Part shown: positions 1-7,274 of the stretch, one piece after another
How positions within the stretch are numbered: position 1 is the first letter of the stretch
Layout: each line of letters opens with the position of its first letter
Assembly (NCBI GenBank): GCA_030840515.1
Contig: JAVEEJ010000124.1
Location: 1 to 37,472 of the forward strand
DNA length: 37,472 bases
Reading direction: 5' to 3'
DNA from: Frankiaceae bacterium
GTDB taxonomy: Bacteria; Actinomycetota; Actinomycetes; JAVEEJ01
Translations under genes and position numbers: made by a program
The notes under the pieces: model-generated
Told to the model about the DNA's origin: nothing
What the model saw: only the letters and a program-made list of their open reading frames with translations
Databases searched by the model: none

Positions 1-1180
1 CGACGATGATCGCCACGTCGGTCTGCGCGAATTCGTCGTTGATGGCCTCGAGCTCGTACAGCTGATCGTACGGCACGTTGGCCTCGGCCAGGAGCACGTT
101 CATGTGGCCGGGCATGCGCCCTGCGACCGGGTGGATCGCGTAGTTCACCGTGACGCCCTTCTTCTCCAGCTCGTTGGCCAGCTCCTTCACCGCGTGCTGG
201 GCCTGGGAGACGGCCATGCCGTACCCGGGGACCACGACGACCAGGCGCGCGTAGGCCATCTGGATGGCGACGTCGGCCGCACTGGTCGAGCGCACCGTGC
301 CGCCGCCCGCGCCCACGGCACCCGCCGCGGCCTCGACGGTCCCGCCGAACCCGCCGGCGATCACCGAGGTGATCGTGCGGTTCATGGCCAGGGCCATCTG
401 CTGCGTTAGCAGCGTGCCGGATGCGCCGACGATCATGCCCGCGACGATCAGCGACGTGTTGTTGAGCGCGACGCCGGTCGCCGCCGCCGACAGGCCGGTG
501 AAGGCGTTCAGCAGCGAGATGACGACGGGCATGTCGGCCCCGCCGATCGGCAGCACGAGGAAGTTGCCCAGCAGTGCCGCGGCGACGAGCAGCAGGACCA
601 TCAGCCCCTCGCTGTGCGCGCCGGCGGCGATCGCCACGCCCGAGCCGACCGCGACCAGCCCCAGGGCCGCGTTGATCGGGGCCTGCAGCTTCGGACCGGC
701 GATCGTCTTGGACCCGCCGTCGATCAGCCCCTGCAGCTTGGCGAACGCGATGTTCGAGCCCCAGAACGAGACGGACCCGACGATCGCGGCGAAGACGCTG
801 AAGACCGTGACGTACGTCGGGACGCCGTCGAAGCCGCCCGAGGCGCGGAACTCGACCCAGGCGATGAGCGCGACCGCGCCGCCGCCGACACCGTTGAACA
901 GCGCCACCATCTGCGGCATCTGCGTCATCTTCACCACGCGCGCGGCGGGCACGCCGACCAGCACACCGACGGCGATAGCGGCGGCCATGATGCCGCGGTT
1001 GTGCAGGCCGTCGACCAGGAATGTGGCGACCACTGCGACCAGAGCGCCGAACGCCCCGAGCAGGTTTCCGTTGCGCGCACCCTTCGGCGACGACAAGCCC
1101 TTGAGCGCGAGGATGAAGCAGACGGAGGCGAGCAGGTAGAGCGCCGTGATGCCTTGGCCGTTCAGCGGGAGAAGGTTCAC
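1..1180 (-). CDS. pntB: NAD(P) transhydrogenase beta subunit PntB (3' end runs off the window)
   Basis: My translation of the minus strand from GTG at 1180 gives VNLLPLNGQGITALYLLASVCFILALKGLSSPKGARNGNLLG..., a typical PntB N-terminus. It continues open to position 1, with GGGTV.. and HPVAGRMPGHMNVLLAEA motifs near the end. The start GTG overlaps the pntAB stop (GTGA at 1177-1180). This frame is absent from the ORF track only because it has no stop in the window. Confidence 0.85.
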   Translation of the reverse strand, partial: MNLLPLNGQGITALYLLASVCFILALKGLSSPKGARNGNLLGAFGALVAVVATFLVDGLHNRGIMAAAIAVGVLVGVPAARVVKMTQMPQMVALFNGVGGGAVALIAWVEFRASGGFDGVPTYVTVFSVFAAIVGSVSFWGSNIAFAKLQGLIDGGSKTIAGPKLQAPINAALGLVAVGSGVAIAAGAHSEGLMVLLLVAAALLGNFLVLPIGGADMPVVISLLNAFTGLSAAATGVALNNTSLIVAGMIVGASGTLLTQQMALAMNRTITSVIAGGFGGTVEAAAGAVGAGGGTVRSTSAADVAIQMAYARLVVVVPGYGMAVSQAQHAVKELANELEKKGVTVNYAIHPVAGRMPGHMNVLLAEANVPYDQLYELEAINDEFAQTDVAIIV

Positions 1181-1503
1181 TTCGACTCCTGCTGTGACGG
1201 CTTCACGGCATTCGCCACGGGCGCCTTGCGTCCCTTGAACATCTCGAGCATCCGGTCGGTGACGACGAAGCCGCCGACGACGTTGATGGTGGCGAGTACG
1301 ACGGCGATCAGGCCGAGCGTCGTCTCGACGGACCCGTGCGCGTGCCCGAGGATCAGCATCGCGCCGACCACGATGATCCCGTGGATTGCGTTGGCGCCGG
1401 ACATCAGCGGGGTGTGCAGGGTCGAGGACACCTTGGAGATCACCTCGATGCCGACGAAGATCGCCAGCACGAAGATGGTGAGCAGGGTCAGTCCGTCGGT
1501 CAC
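1177..1503 (-). CDS. pntAB: NAD(P) transhydrogenase alpha subunit part 2 (PntAB, small membrane subunit)
   Basis: 108-aa hydrophobic protein with the SGANAIHGIIVVGA motif. It lies between pntAA and pntB, with GTGA start/stop overlaps at both ends (1500-1503 and 1177-1180). Confidence 0.85.
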   Translation of the reverse strand: MTDGLTLLTIFVLAIFVGIEVISKVSSTLHTPLMSGANAIHGIIVVGAMLILGHAHGSVETTLGLIAVVLATINVVGGFVVTDRMLEMFKGRKAPVANAVKPSQQESK

Positions 1504-2777
1504 GAGGCCCTCCGGGCAGCCGTCTTCTTCGCGGGAGTCTTCTTGGCAGGGCTCTTGGTGGCGGTCGTCTTCTTGGCGGGAGTCTGCTTCGCAGGGCTCT
1601 TGGTGGCGGGGCTCTTGGTGGTAGCCGCCTTCTTGGCGGGCGACCGGCGAGTCGTCGTACTCGCGCCGAGGATCTCCTTCGTCGGCCCGTGCACCAGCTC
1701 GCCCTGCTTCACGACCGCGGCGCCCACGACGATCTCGTCCTCGTAGTCCGGCGCAAGGGCCCCGTCCTTGGTCAGGAGCAGCAGCAGGTTGACGCAGTTG
1801 CGGGAGTAGAGAGCCGAGGCGTGCACCGCCATCGCCGACGGCATGTTGCGCGCGCCGATCACGGTCACGGACCCGACGCGAACGTCCTCACCCGGCCTGC
1901 TCGGCTCGACGTTGCCACCGGACTCGGCAGCGAGGTCGATGACGATCGAGCCCGGCTTCATCCGCTTCACCATGTCCAGCGTCACCAGCACAGGCGCTGT
2001 GCGACCGGGAATCGCAGCGGTGGTGATGACCACGTCAGCGAGCTCGACCCGGTTGCCGATCAGCTCTCGCTGCTTCGTCAAGAACTCCTCGGTCTGCTCC
2101 TTCGCGTAGCCGCCGGCACCCTCCTGCGTCTCCAACTCGAGCTCGACGAAGGTGGCTCCGAGCGAGCGCACCTCCTCAGCCGCTGCGGCGCGCACGTCGT
2201 AGGCCTCGACGACGGCGCCGAGCCGGCGGGCGGTGGCGATGGCCTGAAGCCCGGCCACACCGGCACCCATGACGAGCACCTTGGCCGGCGGGATGGTGCC
2301 GGCCGCGGTCATCATGAGCGGGAAGAGCTTGGGCAGCCGTTCGGCGGCCAGGATCGCGCAGCGGTAGCCGCTCACCAGGGCCTGTGAGGACAGTGCGTCC
2401 ATCGACTGCGCGCGGGAGATGCGCGGCAGCAGGTCCAGGCTCAGCGCGGTCGTGCCCGCCTTCATGTGCGCCCGCACCGTGTCGCTCGCAGCGGCGGGCT
2501 GCAGGAATGAGATGGCCACGGCGCTCTTGCGCAGCTGGCCCACCTGCGCCGGCGTGAGGGGCTGCACGGACAGCGCGGCGTCGGCGTTCTTCAGCGCCGC
2601 CTTGTCCACGGTCGCGCCGGCGGAGATGTAGTCGGCATCGGCGTACTGGGCCGCCTGCCCCGCGCCTGGCTCCACCGCTACGACCCAGCCGGCCCCCGTG
2701 AGCTTGCTCACGGCGTCGGGGACCAGCGCGACCCTGCGCTCGAAGGGAGCGCTCTCCTTGACCACGGCGACCTTCAT
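1500..2777 (-). CDS. pntAA: NAD(P) transhydrogenase alpha subunit part 1 (PntAA, alanine dehydrogenase-like dI domain) with a basic PAKK-repeat C-terminal tail
   Basis: The N-terminus MKVAVVKESAPFERRVALVPD and the Rossmann motif VLVMGAGVAGLQAIATARRLGA are typical of PntAA/AlaDH. The last ~54 aa are Lys/Pro/Ala/Thr repeats (SPAKKAATTKSPATKSPAKQTPAKKTTATKSPAKKTPAKK). Confidence 0.9.
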   Translation of the reverse strand: MKVAVVKESAPFERRVALVPDAVSKLTGAGWVVAVEPGAGQAAQYADADYISAGATVDKAALKNADAALSVQPLTPAQVGQLRKSAVAISFLQPAAASDTVRAHMKAGTTALSLDLLPRISRAQSMDALSSQALVSGYRCAILAAERLPKLFPLMMTAAGTIPPAKVLVMGAGVAGLQAIATARRLGAVVEAYDVRAAAAEEVRSLGATFVELELETQEGAGGYAKEQTEEFLTKQRELIGNRVELADVVITTAAIPGRTAPVLVTLDMVKRMKPGSIVIDLAAESGGNVEPSRPGEDVRVGSVTVIGARNMPSAMAVHASALYSRNCVNLLLLLTKDGALAPDYEDEIVVGAAVVKQGELVHGPTKEILGASTTTRRSPAKKAATTKSPATKSPAKQTPAKKTTATKSPAKKTPAKKTAARRAS

Positions 2778-2803
2778 GGCGGGGCAGGCTACCGAGGCGT
2801 CAC

Positions 2804-2849
2804 CAGGCGCCGTCCGTGGCGGTCCCCCTGCCGCGACGGACGGCGCCTG
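2804..2849 (-). terminator. GC-rich hairpin (14-bp perfect stem, 18-nt loop) downstream of the PD40 gene
   Basis: CAGGCGCCGTCCGT (2804-2817) pairs perfectly with ACGGACGGCGCCTG (2836-2849). It sits 25 nt past the stop of the 2874..4322 gene on the minus strand. There is no U-tract, so it would be an I-shaped terminator as often seen in actinobacteria. It also lies upstream of the pntAA start. Confidence 0.4.
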
Positions 2850-2873
2850 ATGAGCCTCTGGGCTGGCCCTCCG

Positions 2874-4322
2874 CTAGCCGCCGGCGTGGCGGGCGAGGAC
2901 CTCATACCGCGGGGCGGTCGCTGGATCGGCAGCCGGCACCGTGCCGGGCGCGGCCGTGGTCATGAAGGCAACGGTGCGGCCGTCGGCGGAAAGCCGCGGC
3001 ATCCCGTTGTCCCCTGCGATTGCAGCACCGTTCGACCAGACCGAAACAAGCCGTGTCGTGCCGCGGACCGTGTCGCGAATGTAGCTGCGGAGCGGCGAGC
3101 CGCCGTCCGTCGCGCTCGGCCCGCCCAGATTGGCCCGCGTGTCGAATGCTACGAACCGCCCGTCGTGCGACAGCGTGACGCTCCAGTAGATGCCCACGTC
3201 GTAGTTGTCTCGCGATGGCCACTGAGCCTGCTTGCCATTGGCACCGAAGGACACGAGCGCAAGGCGGTGGCGCTTGACGTCGTACTCGTAGACATCAGTG
3301 GAATTGTTCTTGTCTCCGGAGACGAGCGCGTCATCCGAGAAGAACGCCAGGTGGGACCCGTCCAGAGAAATCGACGCACCATCGCTTCCCAGCGGAAGAC
3401 CCACCGGCGCGGACACGCGGATGCTGCGCCGGGTCAAGCTGCTCCAGACGTACACCTCGCGGATGTCGCAGCCGCACGTGTCGCGGCGCACCGCGACGTC
3501 GAACGCGACGAGAGTTCCGTCTCCGGAGATGCTGTGGCCCGTGTACGCGTAGGCATTGGCTCGCAGTGGCGCCCCGACGCCGTCCACCGAGACCAGGTCG
3601 GTCCGACCCGTGGCCATATCGCGGCGATAGACGTTGTACACATGCGTCGATGTGATTTCGCCGCCGAGGTTGCTGGCGTCGGAGGTGAACGTCAGGTAGC
3701 GACCGTCGCGGGAGAACGCGGCGCCGAAGGAGCCGGACAAGAGCGGGCTGCCGACCGTGTTGCCATTGGTAGCCGGGTCAGGCTGCGCGGGGACTCCCGC
3801 GTTGTTGCGTGACGCGAGCTGGACGGCACCAGTTCGCCGATCCACGACGTAAAGGTTGAAGGCGGCGGGAGCGCCTTCGGGTAGGGCAGCGGCGGGCGTA
3901 GTTGCGCCGTTCACGCCGAAGGCGCTGAAGGCGACGTAGCGACCGTCTGGTGAGATGCCGGTGAACCAAGTTGTGTGGTGTCCAGTCACCGTCGGCCATT
4001 CGGCGGTTCGCGAGGCGACAAGAGTGGTCGTGCGGCGCTTGAGGTCACGCACGTAGACGCTCTCGCACACGGCAGCCGCCCCACACGAAGCTTGCTGCTT
4101 CGCAAGACTGGGATCCTGGGACAGGAAGACGACGTACCTGCCGTCCGCGGAGACATCAATCTGATCGGCGACCCCGGTTGGCGCATAGCTGCCGTCTGCC
4201 GCAACAGAGACCGCCTCCGTCTGTCCCCGGCTCCAGCCGGGCACGTTGCTCGCCTGGGCGGTACCGATGGCTGCCAGAGCCAGGGCAAGACCGCCGGTCA
4301 GTGTGGTTCGCAGGATGCTCAT
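2874..4322 (-). CDS. Secreted 7-bladed PD40 (TolB-like / WD40-like) beta-propeller repeat protein
   Basis: Seven repeats are present: SADGRYVVF, SPDGRYVAF, SRDGRYLTF, SGDGTLVAF, SLDGSHLAF, SHDGRFVAF, SADGRTVAF. The signal peptide is MSILRTTLTGGLALALAAIGTAQA. I chose ATG at 4322 because it follows GAGGGGGAGAGG by a few nt. The ORF-track start at 4379 adds 19 unlikely residues. Confidence 0.8.
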   Translation of the reverse strand: MSILRTTLTGGLALALAAIGTAQASNVPGWSRGQTEAVSVAADGSYAPTGVADQIDVSADGRYVVFLSQDPSLAKQQASCGAAAVCESVYVRDLKRRTTTLVASRTAEWPTVTGHHTTWFTGISPDGRYVAFSAFGVNGATTPAAALPEGAPAAFNLYVVDRRTGAVQLASRNNAGVPAQPDPATNGNTVGSPLLSGSFGAAFSRDGRYLTFTSDASNLGGEITSTHVYNVYRRDMATGRTDLVSVDGVGAPLRANAYAYTGHSISGDGTLVAFDVAVRRDTCGCDIREVYVWSSLTRRSIRVSAPVGLPLGSDGASISLDGSHLAFFSDDALVSGDKNNSTDVYEYDVKRHRLALVSFGANGKQAQWPSRDNYDVGIYWSVTLSHDGRFVAFDTRANLGGPSATDGGSPLRSYIRDTVRGTTRLVSVWSNGAAIAGDNGMPRLSADGRTVAFMTTAAPGTVPAADPATAPRYEVLARHAGG

Positions 4323-4490
4323 TTGCCTCTCCCCCTCGGTGACTCCGCACACGTTCGACGATCGCGCGGAGGCGCGCATCGGGGCGGCCCCGCAAGCCGT
4401 TGAGGGCTAGCCCGCAAGTCCGCCAACCTCTCTCGACCCGGGCGTCGGGCGCTCTTAGACTCGCGCCCAGCGCCGGGGTTGGGGGGTGGC

Positions 4491-5192
4491 ATGAGGCAGC
4501 AAGCGGGCGTTCCGTCCGTGCTTGTCGTCGATGACCACCCGCTGTGGCGACGGACGGTGCGCAGCCTGCTGATCTCGAGCGGAGCCGCATCGGAGGTGTG
4601 GGAGGCACCCGACGGCCTGACCGCGGTCAGCTTGGCGCGCAAGCAGCACCCGGACGTGGTGCTCATGGACATGGCACTGCCAGGCATGTCCGGCGTGGAG
4701 GCAACCGGCGCGGTCGTGGCCGGCGACGCCAACACCAGGGTGCTCGTCCTCTCATCCAGCGATGACACCGACCAGGTGCTCGAGGCCGTTCGTGCGGGCG
4801 CCAGCGGTTATCTGTTGAAGACCGCCGAACCCGAAGAGATCGTGCAGGCGGTTCAGCGGGTGCATCACGGCGAGCTCGTGTTCCCGGCCGCGCTCTCCTC
4901 CGTGCTTCGGCGCGGAATTCTGGACGAGCGAAGCAACGGCCCTTCACCGCTTGATGAGCTCAGTGACCGCGAGCGGGATGTGCTGCGTCTCATGGCGGAG
5001 GGCTGCACGAACGCCGGCATCGGCCAGAAGCTGCACCTGAGTGCGAAGACCGTTGAACGGCACGTCACCACGATCTTCACCAAGCTCGGCCTCGACAGCG
5101 CAGCCGGCGGACATCGCCGCGTGCTCGCGGTGATCTCGTACCTCCGGGCGACAGCGCTCAAGAGGGCCACCCCTGATCGCGGCGTGGGCTGA
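4491..5192 (+). CDS. NarL/FixJ-family response regulator (REC + LuxR-type HTH)
   Basis: REC motifs VLVVDDHPLWR and DVVLMDMALPGMSG are present. The C-terminal LuxR HTH reads LSDRERDVLRLMAEGCTNAGIGQKLHLSAKTVERHVTTIFTKLG. ATG at 4491 is preceded by GGGGGGTGG; the TTG at 4479 is the alternative start. Confidence 0.9.
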   Translation: MRQQAGVPSVLVVDDHPLWRRTVRSLLISSGAASEVWEAPDGLTAVSLARKQHPDVVLMDMALPGMSGVEATGAVVAGDANTRVLVLSSSDDTDQVLEAVRAGASGYLLKTAEPEEIVQAVQRVHHGELVFPAALSSVLRRGILDERSNGPSPLDELSDRERDVLRLMAEGCTNAGIGQKLHLSAKTVERHVTTIFTKLGLDSAAGGHRRVLAVISYLRATALKRATPDRGVG

Positions 5193-5195
5193 CCA

Positions 5196-7274
5196 GTGGC
5201 CGCAGGCAGCCTCAGAGGCGGTCCAGGTGACGTACGGAGAACTGTCGCGGCTGTTCTCGCCGGCGGCGGCCTGTTGTTCGTCGCGGCAGTGAGCGCCGGT
5301 CTCCACGGGCCCGGATGGCTTGGCATGGGCAGCGGCGACCGCTCACGGTTCGGGTACCCCTTCAGCGGCCCGCCGCTCGGCGAGCTCACCGACAGCTTCG
5401 TGCAGGGTGTGCTCGGTCCCGGTCCCGTGGCGCCCCCAGGGGGCCACCCCCCGTCTTCGCGGCCTCCGCTCTCCGGCCAAGGCGACTCTGCCTCCGGGGA
5501 TGGCTCCACCAGAGATCCGGGGGATCGACCGGTCTCGGTGGTGCACGGCTTCACCAACGACCAAGTGAACAACGCCTACGCCGTCCCCTCGCTGCCCTTC
5601 CGGGCGCGGACCGACACCTCGAGCGCGACGCGCGAACCCTCTGAGCCCGCCGACTGTTTCCCTACCGGCGGAACCGCTTGGTATCGCTTCACTCCGCTAC
5701 GTGACGCCGCGCTTGTGGCGGACACGTTCGGGACCGGGCGGCCGACGGCGCTCGCCGTGTACACCCGCAGCACCGATGGTGCATGGAAGAACCTCGGCTG
5801 TGACCAGAACGGCGCGGGCAACGCCCAGGTCGACTTCAGCGTGCGCGCGGGCACCAGCTACTACCTGCAGCTGACCGCCACGGTTCGCGGCGGGCCGACC
5901 GTGTTCGAACTGGCCGCCGTGGGGCCAACAGACATCGCCAGCGGTGCGCCCAACGGTGCCCCGGCGGACGGCCCGGCCTACAACTACGCCGACATCTCGG
6001 CGAACGGGCGCTACGTCGCCTTCTTCTCTTTCGCGCACAACCTCTCGGACCGGGTTCCCGAGTGTGCCTTTGCGACGTCATGCGAGTCGGTCTACCTGCG
6101 TGACCGGTGGACCGGCCGCACCGATCTGCTCGTGTCAGTCAAGACCTCCTCTCCTCCGGCCACGGACGGCGGGAGCTATCGACGGCTCATCACACCGTCG
6201 GTGAGCGACGACGGCAGATACGTGGTGTTCGCTGCAATCGGCGGCAACCAGGACCTCACGCCCGAGGATCAGGTCCTGGTCGTCCACGCCTATCGCTACG
6301 ACCGGGTTCGGCGCCGGCTGGATCTGGTATCACGGGCTTCCGACGGGAGCCCCGCATCGGGATCGACAGAGAGCTTCGCCGCGGAGGACCCGGTCATCTC
6401 GGGTGACGGCCGCTACCTCGTGTTCAGCTCCCCCTCCGACAACCTCGGAGGCCCGTCCGGGGAGGTCAGCGTGTACATGCGGGACCTGCGCATGGGCATC
6501 ACCCGACTGATATCAACCAATGAGGAAGGGAAACCGCTTCAGACCTGGAGCCACGCCTGCGGCGGTCGCTCGGTGTCACGGGACGGGCGCTTCGTGGCGT
6601 TCATGACGGACAGCGCCAACAACGGCGGCGGTGAGCTCGCACCCACCCCACGGGTTGTCCGCCTTTGGGATCGGCGCACCAACACCTCGCGGCAGGTAAC
6701 ACCTGACAGTGGGCCGAGCATGAAGGGAGCCAGCTGCCCGGCCATCTCGGCGGCGGGTGGGCATGTTGTTTTCACCACAGCCGACGCGTTGGTCCCGCAG
6801 GACACCAACGGCACTCCGGACGTCTATGAGTACACCGTCAAGTCTGCACGCTTGGTCCGAGTGTCGGTCACGTCGGAGGGCGGTCAGACAACGGAGCCAA
6901 ACAACTCAACGGACTCTCCAGGTGGTTGCGACTGCATCTCCCCGCAGGACACTCCTGTGACGAAGGCCGTGACGGTTTCCGCCGACGGGCGCTACGTCGC
7001 CTTCGACTCCGCCGCGGCCGAGCTGACCGGCGACTCGATCGGCAGCAGCCCGGCAACCGCGGGGACCGCGGACCCGCGGCAGGTCTTCGTCCACGACCTG
7101 CTGACGGGCGCTACCGTCCGCGCCTCGCTGAGCTCAACCGGCAAGGCGTTGTCGGGGAATGGGACCTTGCCCTACATCTCTGCCGACGGGCGCTACGTGG
7201 CGTTCTTCAACACGCCCAGGACCGGGACCGGCGCGCCTACGCAAGCTGACGTCTTCGTTCACCGGCTTCGGTGA
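5196..7274 (+). CDS. Membrane-anchored or secreted PD40 beta-propeller repeat protein with an extra N-terminal domain
   Basis: The N-terminal hydrophobic segment is VAAVLAGGGLLFVAAVSAGL, followed by a Pro/Gly-rich linker. Next comes a ~110-aa domain (ADCFPTGGTAWYRF...ALAVYT...LGCDQNG...AGTSYYLQLTA), then seven PD40-like repeats: SANGRYVAF, SDDGRYVVF, SGDGRYLVF, SRDGRFVAF, SAAGGHVVF, SADGRYVAF, SADGRYVAF. The gene starts 3 nt after the regulator stop, and its own stop overlaps the kinase start. Confidence 0.8.
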   Translation: MAAGSLRGGPGDVRRTVAAVLAGGGLLFVAAVSAGLHGPGWLGMGSGDRSRFGYPFSGPPLGELTDSFVQGVLGPGPVAPPGGHPPSSRPPLSGQGDSASGDGSTRDPGDRPVSVVHGFTNDQVNNAYAVPSLPFRARTDTSSATREPSEPADCFPTGGTAWYRFTPLRDAALVADTFGTGRPTALAVYTRSTDGAWKNLGCDQNGAGNAQVDFSVRAGTSYYLQLTATVRGGPTVFELAAVGPTDIASGAPNGAPADGPAYNYADISANGRYVAFFSFAHNLSDRVPECAFATSCESVYLRDRWTGRTDLLVSVKTSSPPATDGGSYRRLITPSVSDDGRYVVFAAIGGNQDLTPEDQVLVVHAYRYDRVRRRLDLVSRASDGSPASGSTESFAAEDPVISGDGRYLVFSSPSDNLGGPSGEVSVYMRDLRMGITRLISTNEEGKPLQTWSHACGGRSVSRDGRFVAFMTDSANNGGGELAPTPRVVRLWDRRTNTSRQVTPDSGPSMKGASCPAISAAGGHVVFTTADALVPQDTNGTPDVYEYTVKSARLVRVSVTSEGGQTTEPNNSTDSPGGCDCISPQDTPVTKAVTVSADGRYVAFDSAAAELTGDSIGSSPATAGTADPRQVFVHDLLTGATVRASLSSTGKALSGNGTLPYISADGRYVAFFNTPRTGTGAPTQADVFVHRLR

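Noticed and set aside
264-1624. Long + strand ORFs (264..1139, 614..1624) across the start of the window
   Set aside because: They lie antisense to a frame that translates into an unmistakable PntB/PntAB sequence. Their products are Ala/Pro/Thr/Arg-rich low-complexity strings, which is typical of shadow ORFs in high-GC DNA.
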